Below, piece by piece: positions 10,860-21,570 of a DNA stretch of 47,972 nt. The first letter of the stretch is position 1. Every line of letters begins with the position of its first letter. The notes below the pieces were generated by a model, which was not told the DNA's origin, did not search any database, and saw nothing but the letters and a program-made list of their open reading frames with translations. This DNA comes from Perkinsus chesapeaki ATCC PRA-425 (taxonomy: Eukaryota; Protista; Perkinsozoa): the NCBI GenBank assembly GCA_013115145.1, contig JAAPAO010000244.1:1-47972 (forward strand), written 5' to 3'. Both the position numbers and the translations under genes were made by a program.

Positions 10860-13660
10860 TTAACAGGATCACGGTTGAAGGCAGGCCATGATGGTAGTGT
10901 TATCTGATAACATTACTAAGCACTCCAGAAACACGTATCTTAGGTTAATTAGTATATCTCAATGCCCACCTACATCATCGGAAAAATACGTGGAAATTAA
11001 GCGAATAATAAACTCACGTTGATGCACCAATTAAAAGCTACAAGTTAATAATACGATTGTATAAACATTTTTACCAGCCTTATTGGCCTTTAAGTCCCTT
11101 ATTACCATAGTGGCCACGGCAGTGCCAGCTGATAGGATATAGAAGGTATAAAGGAAACGCTGTACTGCGTATCTAATAATAGATATATAATATTATATAC
11201 TATAATGATATATACCCATAAACGAATCCAATTAGACCACTAATTGTTATCATCAATAATTGGATGTAAAAAGCCCTTCTTTGTCCTTCATAATCCTGAC
11301 ATACACTCTATTAATGCATTGTTATAATATTACCATTTTGCCTTCTTTTAAACATCGGAAGAATGCTATGATTCCCATGTGTAGTTCGATCAAGGGTAAA
11401 AACAATAATAATAATGAAGGCGCGTCACAGTCAAAGGCCAATATTGCATCGCTCCGCTGACAAAATGCGACATATTTTACATTTTTTATTTTCTACATGC
11501 GCACTTTGTTTTTGTCTCATCTCCTCTATGGTGGTTTCTAGTGGGGAATATACAGTAATAGGAGCATGGTCATCTAGTGGTTGGGCGACTAGACTGATAG
11601 CTTTAACACATTTAATTGGTATGAATGTGTCATGGTTCATGGGAGACATATTAAAAAGTTCCTACACACCAGAAGTCCTTGCTGGTAATGTAATTAATAT
11701 TATAATAAGTATTATCCTTTCTAGTTTGGAGTGTTAATTCTGGTAATATATTATGTATATTACTTGCCCCATGGATGTCATGGAAAAGTGGTGAACAACA
11801 TGGTAACCAAGCTTAGTAACCTCGCAACATCCCCTTACCTCAGAGATTGACCTTTTCTTGAGCTTTTTAGCATCAATTACAATATTAAACAGACTTCCTC
11901 TTTACGAGCACCGTTATGTAATATCTTCTACTCCTCTTCACCCATACATCCCTCAGGGTTCCTTCAAGTGTCTGCTGCTGGCATTATGCATCTTACTAGC
12001 AATTAATGGTATCTTTATAGGTATGATGGAAGTATCTTGCTTGTCAATGTAATACCAGATAACCTCTATAATGTGTATCTATTCATTAGTGGCTTTTCAT
12101 TCGATCCTTATTTCGGATGTAGCCAATATCTTTGGGGTAGGCAACCTAAATAGTATCTTTCTTGCTAAGCATTATCAGGTATGTGGCCCTTTGCTTCATT
12201 CGTAGTAACAAAACAGTGTATTGCCAATCCTGGAGGATATGTTGATTTTTGGGGAGCATGGAGAATATCTAATAAATGGTACTAACTGTTCTGCCGCCAG
12301 GGATCGAACCTGCGCGGTATAATTATATATCATTACTCTATCATTAGGTACACATTATTTCTTTTAATAATGTTATCTATTGCTCAAATGAGGATGCCAT
12401 GGGACTCTTTATGTGGTGTGCTACTGGCAATAATGCTCAGGTAGTAAAAGGGAGGTGTTGGCCGATGGTTAGATAACTCAAATTCATATTATAGTATTGT
12501 TTATAGTTCTAGAAAAGCGATACGGCAAGCACGTTTAACGACTCGTCGCTAAACGTGGAAGATATGTTCAAGACAAATTCACGTTTTTTTCAGAAAGCTT
12601 TCCATAATTGTAAAAATGGAGGCATTGAAAATAATATGACTCTCGTCGTTCTTTCTTTCAACACTTCACCTTGCTGCATCTTTTCTTGTATGTGACTCTT
12701 GTTATATATAAAATATTAAATTTTTGGTTCATAATTATCCTTCATAATGTCAATTACGTTCGATCATATACTAACCGATGGCTCGATGTATTTATTTCAG
12801 TGCACTATCATCATTACTAGCATCAAAGATATGCCGATACTTAATATTGAGATGGTGTCCGTCATGGTAGATCTCAGCTATATAATATTTAAACCATGTC
12901 TCTGTAGGTGTCGGAGGTTCTCAGTTCCCAGGCAACGGAAAGATATAAATACTGATGATGAGATAACATATACGGTGTAGCCATAGTCATATTTACTACC
13001 AAGTTGGTGTTTGAGTGTTTTTAACAACTCTATAAACTCAATTGCGTTTAATCTACAATGAGTAAGATGTAACTAAGGCAATTTATAGGAAGGAGTTATT
13101 TGTTTAAATGGCAGAGGTATTAAGAGTAGCTTGGGAATATGCTCCTGGTATGTCTAGAGCATTTACTGTGATATATGCTCTACTACTTATGGTTGGATTT
13201 ATACTTAATATTACCAATACGTATGTTAAAGATGAATTTGAAGACATGACAAGTGAGTTGATATCTAATTATTATATATAATAAAAATAATAAACTTGAA
13301 ATAGTATTTAACATGTATATTCCGTTTTGGCGTACGAAGCGCCGAGCAGGTTTGTCATACATTCTTCAATTATCTAGAGGTTATATATTACTAGCTACTT
13401 TAACCGAAGGCGTTGGCTGTGATATGTCCTGAGCAGTGCTCCTCCTTCTTCTCTTCAGTATGGGCATTCCTCTTCAGAGGTCAATATTGGTTATTTATAA
13501 CCAATCCATTCTTCTATTCCCAAAATGGTAAGCATTTACTACTAACGGTTATATGTACTTGTTAGTAATAACATTCCTTACCGGTATACCTATATCATTA
13601 TATCTACTATGTAAGCTACCATCATTGGAGAGAACTAAGGTATACCTCAATCCGTCATTC
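10860..13660 (+). CDS. ABCG/ABC-2-type membrane-domain sequence, highly fragmented, possibly more than one partial copy; no ATPase domain seen
   Basis: Exons GWATRLIALTHLIGMNVSWF, LASITILNRLPLYEHRY, ALLLMVGFILN and WAFLFRGQYWLFITNPFFYSQNG (from 13461) resemble successive ABCG TMD segments. Confidence 0.55.
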
Positions 13661-13759
13661 ATATGATATTTGGTATTAGGGCTCCACTGGTCTATTATTA
13701 TATCTCTTATTGGTTATATATGCAATCGTTTGCTTAACATTCGCAATGCTTGTGCTGCT

Positions 13760-14400
13760 TTATGGATTGCTTTCGTAAGTCAATCTCTGGCGCGTGACTT
13801 TAACGCTTGCACTTGAACTCTTCAACACCTGGTCGGAGGACTTATTGTGGAATAAAAGTTCCGGCCCCTTGTTGTCTTTATTGGAAGATGTGCCGATGAG
13901 CTAGGTTAATACTGCTAGATAACTTAGCTCCTAAAACTAGGAAAGAGTATCGAAATAGTTTTATCAGTATACCTTGCTAATCAAGTCAGCCAATGCGAGT
14001 CGACATGACACCAAACACTTGACATATCACTGACACCCTTGCAAGCAGCTTGGGTGCAATGATTGAGTCCTACTTTTCTCGTAACTGCCAAAATGATTAT
14101 GCATACACAATAAGAGCTTCTGATATCGTTATCAAACAGTCTTTCTGCGTGGTGTCGCAGAGGCCCTTCTCTCCGGAGTCACGAACTCCCGCGCGCCACG
14201 AAACTCGGGGGCTTCTGAAACTGTTTGGAGAGCACTTGGTTGGACAATAGATATCGAATCCAGATGGCCTTCTTCTTCATTCCAGGTTATTTTGGGTATT
14301 TAGATTTAGCAAACAGGATCTCCTCTACTGCAAGATCAGTGGTAAGGTTGTCGATCTACATTGGTCTATTGAAGTCCTTTAATTAGGATTGTATCCATTA
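13760..14400 (-). CDS. Possible multi-exon hypothetical gene
   Basis: Open blocks GHLDSISIVQPSALQTVSEAPEFRGAREFVTPERR and LIGTSSNKDNKGPELLFHNKSSDQVLK separated by GT-AG gaps. Confidence 0.3.
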
Positions 14401-14507
14401 GTCACATACTTTATTACTAAGGATTGTGTGAGTAATCCTAATGGGGAATCTATGCTACTTGGTGTATGGCCAATATCTAATAAAGTGTAGCAATACTGTA
14501 TGGATGA

Positions 14508-15398
14508 ATGACAGTTATACTTATTAGTAGGTATCCAGGACTACTAGTATTGGTTATATCATTATTAACATGGAACATACGCTTCGATATCATTATGGCC
14601 ATCATACTTGCTATAGTAGACGTTAAGATGAGGTATGCAGTATTCTTAAAGGGGCTTATAGTGATATCGATATACATGAATATAATGTGACCTACTTTAT
14701 CATATATTGTTACGTTTAAAATATCTCATAACGCGTAGCACTTCTTCTTCTACTAACACTCTTTATCACGATGATTTCTTCATTATGTATTTCACGCGCT
14801 ACGACACTCGTGGCTTGAAGTGGCGAATCAACCAAATAGACGTATCCACCAACTGGTGTTGTTGTTGCTCACTCTCAGACTGGCCCCCCTCAACTGGTTG
14901 GAGCCATCAAAAGATACACTCATGAAGGTTGAAAATAATCTACGTAATTGGTTTATGCCACAGACTTTATTTAATGGAGAGTAATCATATTATATATCAT
15001 ATCACCGTATTATCACTTCTTAGATATATACCTGTAGAGAGCAGTGCATCTTATTCGAATAGTGGTACCGAGATGACAAGTAATGATCTTGAAGCACCAC
15101 CACCACACAATGATGATGGTAAGAAGGCACAGGACAGGCCCTCTCATTTTGAGAATAATAATAGTATAAAGCTTCCAAGGCGGTTTCATTGGTGATCTGA
15201 TATAGCGGTTATAATTCTACCATGATAGGAATCTTGACTGTTATCGTAGATACCGCAACCGCCATACCGGAGTCAACCGAAGCTTCGATGCCTATGGTTA
15301 CTCCAACACCATTATTAAACAATACATCCGAAGCATCATCCGAGTCAATAAAAGAACCACTTATGGGTGCACAATCTAATATAGATGATACAACGTAA
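14508..15398 (+). CDS. Multi-exon hypothetical membrane protein
   Basis: Hydrophobic exon YPGLLVLVISLLTWNIRFDIIMAIILAIV followed by S/T/E-rich exons ending ...NIDDTT*. Confidence 0.4.
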
Positions 15399-15899
15399 AA
15401 TAGAAATCGATAATAACAGCCACATCTTTACGATGTCATTCGGTTATTTCGATCAAATGCTTCGAGGCAAATAAATCATTATTGATTCTACCATATCACC
15501 ACGTCTTACCGAGCCTGATTTATCCTTTTTAACCTTTATATCCCTATAGTTCAATAGCACTACTACTGTTGAGTTGATTAGGTCAATTACCCTTCGAGTA
15601 GGTTAGAGTTGGGCCTCGGTAGAGTACGCCCAGTCAAGCAATAGGGAGAGATCCTCTAATACAGGTCGAAATGATTATCTCTATATTGTTGCATTATAAG
15701 TCTAGCTTGAATCCAACATAACTTGGACTCTCGATTATTCAAGTGTACGCCGCAGTTGTCCCTATTCTTCAGTTTGTCTCTACTGACAAGGACTTGGGTT
15801 GCACTGCGATATACTTACTATGTATAGAGAGTATATGCCCATGATATTCATTGACTAACTCTCCTTGAGTTTATAAATTCCAAAATAACACGAGTTGCT

Positions 15900-17130
15900 A
15901 AGAAGCATGAGTCAGCTTGGAGGTTCCGTACGGTTTACTATCGCAATGATGCTCGACCACTCCAGAGTTCATTTTAATATTATCAACTATTAAAGTTGTG
16001 GTTCTTCTTTATTCTCGTATATTAAAATGTACCTCGTAAATGACAAGTCGTACTGAATACTCTAGATGGGAGGAGGATAATTAAGCGAGTATCCTCTCCG
16101 ACAGCTCATCAAAGCCTCTAGAGCTTCACTTACTGTGATACATGCTCTTCTACTTATGGCCTGATTCATACTTAATATTGCCAAATTGCTAATACAGTAT
16201 TAATTATACTAATACGTGTGTTAGGGGAGAGTCTCCCCGTCTCCCCTCTCTGCATGTTCAGTCTCCCCGGGAGACTGAACATGCAATACGATACCTGATG
16301 CGATCGATACGATCCTTCGTTAATTCGACTGGTCAAGGGTCCAATTATTGAAATAAGTGGATCAATGTGATAGGAGTGGACGTATCAGATGGTTTCCGAT
16401 TGATCCGGTGATTGTGACTTCGGTCCAATCACCATAGTAGAAACCCATTAATTTCAGACTGAAATTTTAGTTTTGTAGTATCTGCCACAATGTCGCTGTG
16501 CTAATGTTGTTCATTAGTGGTATTCGTAATGAATACAACTAGTCAGAATATGCAATGATTGCCTTCATTCTTTATATCCTTCGATGTGAAAGACCTTTCT
16601 GTTTTGTTCAGTGTGGTCGATGCTTTTTAGTGGTAAATATTGGTTATTCACAACCTACCCTTCTTCCCAAACTGATAAGTTGCTCCAGTTTGCAGCTACT
16701 CATTATTACATTCATATTTCACTTATAACATTCCTCACAGATATACCAATAGTCTAATAAATTATTAGTAATAATTACTACTTAAGCTACCAGTGTTTGA
16801 TAGAATTAAGGTATAACTCAATCCGTGAGATTATTGCTGCTTGCATTCTAATTACTGTCTACTGCTCTACTATTACGGCTTCTCCGAGTGATTTACTTTA
16901 TTGTCTTATTAACATTGGTAATGATAGTATCACTTCATAAATCGTTCAACTCATTAAGTGGTGGATGCTCGATTATTTGTGTAGATTCAATGCATTCTTA
17001 CTCACCAGTTATTATGACAAGTCTTCCTTTTCACGGTGACTGTATATCTCACACTCATCGAGATCAGTTGTTGTTATTCATTCGGATATCTGTGGATCTC
17101 AAACATTCTGCGCATTATAACACGGCATGA
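15900..17130 (+). pseudogene. Decayed ABCG-TMD paralogue fragments
   Basis: 16115-16223 resembles 13155-13228; 16640-16670 resembles 13480-13525; 16760-16826 resembles 13560-13655; stops and frameshifts present. Confidence 0.6.
16224..16466. repeat. Cluster of palindromes/hairpins inserted in the ABCG relic
   Basis: 7-bp IR 16224-16238; 17-bp perfect IR 16251-16285; GATCG-ATA-CGATC 16302-16314; 8-bp IR 16359-16406; bulged stem with C-TTCG-G loop 16407-16433; 8-bp IR 16450-16466. Confidence 0.85.
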
Positions 17131-17253
17131 TACTCTCTGTACTATCATGGACACTCACGCTTCACTCTCCGACAGTGTGTTGATTCGAATCTCATTCACC
17201 ATGGGATAGTACAAACGCGCGCACGCCATCGATCAACACGAGACGAGACAGCA

Positions 17254-17867
17254 AAGTTAAACTCCTTTGCGACACTCAACCCAATACCAGTTGTAGAGGA
17301 AAGATGGTTGGGTAGATTCATTAAGTAGAGATACTTTGCCAGAGAGGAGGAGATTGGTCAACATCGCAGTGCTTGTGGGAGAATAACTTTGACACCGATA
17401 TTCTCTCGCAAGGACTAATCACTGTGAGTAACACATAATGTGCCATCACAGTGCTTCTTCACTCGGCAAAAAATTGATAGTGGAGTAGTATGATTCACTG
17501 ATACACTGCTGGCTTGGGGGCTAGCTAAGCTGCAGTACCTTCGCGCACACACACTTGTTGTGTCGCCTTCTACCGTTTTGTCGCTTGGTCGTTTAGACGT
17601 CACTTCTGCGCCGCGGAGTTCGACATAAAGTTTAAGATAACTCTGGTCAAATTTAGAATCTTTGTCCATAATTATATATCTTATCACAATGTTCTTACCA
17701 TCGTGTGTAATAGGCATGCACGAAGCTCTTCACCAGCTTTTCGCTAGCAACCTTTCGTGATTGCGACAAAATCATAGAATTTCTTCATCACCCATGGTGA
17801 TCCACTCTTGCATCCTTCTACTTTATTTTGTCCCTTGTATATTCTCAGTCTACGTCGAGTTTAACTT
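17254..17867. mobile_element. Putative non-autonomous insertion with 11-bp terminal inverted repeats
   Basis: AAGTTAAACTC (17254-17264) and GAGTTTAACTT (17857-17867); segment absent from the paralogous GNAT2 upstream region; contains a 100-aa minus-strand ORF 17415-17717. Confidence 0.55.
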
Positions 17868-17997
17868 AAGCTATAGCAAGTCTGCTACAGCCACTCTCAT
17901 CTCACCGTATCACATAATGCAACTCACTGGACTCATCACCTTCTATCGGATTGTGTTTGTATTCCCAATTATAATAGCTGTCATTGTCGTACTATTA

Positions 17998-18825
17998 ATG
18001 AGAGCTTGCCTTTTCCTCATTGCTGGTCTTATCAACACCACTTACGAATTATCAGTAAAATCAACTCAAGAATACGACCCATTTCCCGAACCGTCTGCTG
18101 ATGATCTCGAATACAAAACGCTGACCACAAAGGAGCTTAATAGGAGGACTATTGCCGAAAACGAACGTTTCTTTGGAGCAGTGATAAACGGAGGTGGAAA
18201 TCCATGGGTGGGTGCTTTCGTAGTGTGATACCTACGAGCGGCCGATGTTAGAATGTCAAAGCACAAGTTTGGTCACATCTGGCTGGACAAATCCCCCAAG
18301 CAGTGTTGAATAACATGTAATGATGCCTTTGTTGTTCAATCAAGCCGTGGGCGATCCCGTTTATCTTTTTTTAGTCCTGGGAAGACGAAAAGTAATGATG
18401 TTGTGTACATATCGTGGGTGGGTGTGGTGCCGGGTTGGAGGAATAAAGGAGTAGCATCTAAAATGTTACCATTTGCATTAAAGGATGTACGTCACTACGA
18501 TCCGGTATCATCATTATATTGATAATTGAGCTTCCCTGTTAAGATACAAAAGAGATGGCCTCGAGTCATGGCCGTTTATCTGAAAGTGCGTGATGATAAA
18601 GAGTATGCTATTAAACTATACAAGAATAATAACTTCACTCTCATATCAGAACCAAATAAGCTGAAGAAGTCTGTGAAAGCTGGTAGGGGTAAATTAGTTT
18701 TTGATGCATGGATTGTCGAAGTGTGGTGGATTGGCAATTCTTTGTCATTTAGTTTTGTTTTAGGGCCACCCGAATACTCTTGGTATCTTTATAAATATCC
18801 ACCTCAATTGAACAGGAGCAATTAA
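17998..18825 (+). CDS. GNAT-family N-acetyltransferase with signal-peptide-like N-terminus (5 exons, intact)
   Basis: Exons 17998-18207, 18252-18316, 18375-18486, 18544-18688, 18764-18825 splice in frame; motif A VYISWVGVVPGWRNKGVASKML, motif B VYLKVRDDKEYAIKLYKNNNF. Confidence 0.85.
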
Positions 18826-18834
18826 ACAATACAT

Positions 18835-19400
18835 GGCAGTTTAGTCTTGGGGGGTTTTTCCAAGATTTACCGAAGGTGAGATACTCCTTCATGTAGAGCA
18901 TCATTTTTGTTTTTTTTTGTCTTTCAGATTTTCGCCTTTGAACTTGTATACTCCTTCAACCTTCGACAACCCATGATCATGATAATACTATAATCTTCCT
19001 ACCAATTACATGTTTTATGATCTGTTGTTTTTGTCGTATGAGTTGTGTTCCGGTATTAGTAAGCAAACTGAGTCTCAATCCTAATATAGAGCATTCTACA
19101 CTGAAGCGTTTCACACTCCTACACTTCCTGTGTGATGCATCTGGAGCTCATTGTATTGTGGAAGTGATTAATGATGCACCGATTCACACTCATAGCGGGA
19201 AGAGATGGGTGGAGTCTGAAAGTTGTTGTATTTGGCTTGCAAGTGAGACACCACAATCGCGTTATATTATCGAGTTGTTTCAGGATGGGATACATCCCCT
19301 CTCCCTATAGTCAGCACGCTTTTATCTCTCCATTACACTGTTATATATATTCCTCAAATACCTCATGGTAAGTCTCCGAAAGAATAATAAAACAGTCATA
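18835..19400 (+). pseudogene. Decayed ABCG-TMD fragment
   Basis: Fragments GVFPRFTEDFR and FTLLHFLCDASGAHCIVEVI resemble ABCG TMD segments, interrupted by stops. Confidence 0.35.
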
Positions 19401-20042
19401 GGATCTCAACGATATTTGTCACCACTGATGGATTGTCTCAGTCGGTCCTACACCACACGGTAGACCTCACCAGGGATCACCATCAAAGCGCAGGTGTATC
19501 GAGTACACAGTGGAGGCTTTCAGTCTATTGATCTGCCCTATGCCCCCAACATTGGGTTACCGCTACCAAGTATATCGGGGTAGCCACTATGACGTGAGAT
19601 AGTATCACCTAGTATCAACTATCACTTAGTGTCAACTATTTCCTCTCTTATACCATTTATTGCATTAATATCATTTATTATGATGTTTCCCATATCCATT
19701 AAGGACAATTCTCAACCAATACCCATTCTAACTATCTATCACGCGACTTGTATAAATCATTCAGTATAATATCAAGGCTCCAGAAACGGTGCCATTCAAC
19801 TCCCTACTTCATCGAACTTCCTCGTCGAGACACAGTGAACTCGCACGCCATCGATTATCATGAGACGAGACAGCAAAGACCAAGCTCGAACTGTCTCTGC
19901 TCAGTAATGAAATCTCGTAAGTGTATTAAATTCACTGTCCTATATCTCAGCTATATATCAGGAGTGCTCGGTGGAAGGCGCGATCCGGAGAAGTAAGGCT
20001 CCCTCTGATTGTATTATGGCAGTTGTCATTTCATTACAATCT

Positions 20043-20851
20043 ATGAGAGCTTCTCTTGCGGTTATTGTTTATCTTATCAACACCACTAATCAATTGTTAA
20101 TAAAGTCAGCCCAACAGGCCAAGTCACTGACGAGTGGTAGCGCTGATGATCTTGAGTACAGACCACTGACTGCTAAGGAAGTTCGCCTTCTGCCAAGTAC
20201 TGGAGTTGGTCGCTTCGCCTCGCGCTGTGGATAGCAAAGATGAAGAAGCATCGAGGGTGGGTATATATGTCATGAAATGTCTACTATTGCATCATTTCAG
20301 CATGTCAAAGGATATGTGCGGTCGATACTTCGTAAAGTCATCCCTGAAAAAGTGTCACAAAACCTGCAATGATGGTCCATGCTCTCATGAGACGGGGAAG
20401 CAGATATTTCTTTTCACTTCAGTCCTGAAATGAGAAGGGATGACGTTGTTCTATACATAGGACGCGTGACAGTGGACCCATCTTGGCAAAATAGGAGGGT
20501 AGCCTCCAAGATGTTACCATTAGCGTTGAAGGATGTATGTTATCCTTATCCGGTGACATTGCTAACAATCTAGATTTTTGCAAGATACGGACGAAGTGGC
20601 CAAAAGCGATAGCGGCCTACTTGAATGTGCGCCGCGATAACGAACACGCCATAAAACTATATAAGAACAACAATTTCACTCTGATAGGATATACAGGTGG
20701 GTCTGCTTGTCTAAAATCATGCTGCTCTGAACACTTTTCGTTTCAATCGATACGCAGCTTTTCGGTGACCTCCTCACTCCTTATTCAACCTACCTCTTTT
20801 GTGTCAGGGCATGGTTCATATGATACTTACCTTTACAAGTTCCTGGCCTAA
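20043..20851 (+). pseudogene. GNAT N-acetyltransferase paralogue 2, apparently frameshifted
   Basis: Same intron positions as GNAT1; motifs LYIGRVTVDPSWQNRRVASKML and YLNVRRDNEHAIKLYKNNNF; +1 shift near 20221 gives TAG at 20232-20234; intron 2 donor is GC (20366). Confidence 0.7.
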
Positions 20852-21570
20852 ATCAAGATTTTTTTTGCCTTTGAATAGCATTACTATTTGTCAACTACGA
20901 CAAAGTTGTCTTACGACAATCACTTGTATATTGGATGTTCATTAGATTCCGCATTGCGTTCAACAATTCCAAGTACTCCACAAATAGCACCCGCATTTCA
21001 TGAACAAGATAAACTTCTTTACGAATCTCGGGGACGTTTCCCAAGCTAGCTTTCCCCGGTATCGATGCTTGCAGTGGCAGGGAGTGTAACACATCACTTC
21101 GGCAACGCCTCTTTCGTTCTATCCGCTCTTCTCATTGTCGACCAGCCAGCCGCAACTGGCATGTCCGCGAATAACGTTCAACGTTTCGCGTTTACCCTGC
21201 AAATTTTCATCTCAATCTCCATTTCCTTCTCCGCTCAATCGAGCCAGGCGTGGACCGATTATCAATGTCCTGGAGCAACCCTTGTGTGACTGTATAGGGA
21301 CTCGACCCAAAGACCACAGTTATATACCCTTCTGTGACTTGAAGGCTGGAGGCTTCATTATTATATTCTTTGATATTCGTTAATAGGATACTGCCTCGGT
21401 TTTCCATCGTCGTATCGGTTAATTCTGACGTGTCGGTCAATTACTCAATTCCTCTACGGAAGCTTCCGTTACGTTCCTTAGTTTGCCAGGTTTCCACGCG
21501 TCTCTAGGTGGATTCAGCTTTGCATAGTACCATCAAGGCTTAGGAACTCCCTCAACTCAACACACAACTT

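Noticed and set aside
12291-12317. tRNA T-arm-like sequence (reverse complement GGTTCGATCCC)
   Set aside because: No D-arm, anticodon arm or acceptor stem; it lies in a plausible coding frame (NCSAARDRTCA)
16295-16320. CTGATG followed by a hairpin, resembling a hammerhead ribozyme
   Set aside because: Core is CTGATGC rather than CTGANGA, and no GAAA follows the stem on either strand
16475-16484. GTAGTATCTG, matching the U2 snRNA branch-pairing sequence
   Set aside because: No U2 5' stem-loop context; better explained as a TTTTGTAG acceptor plus exon start
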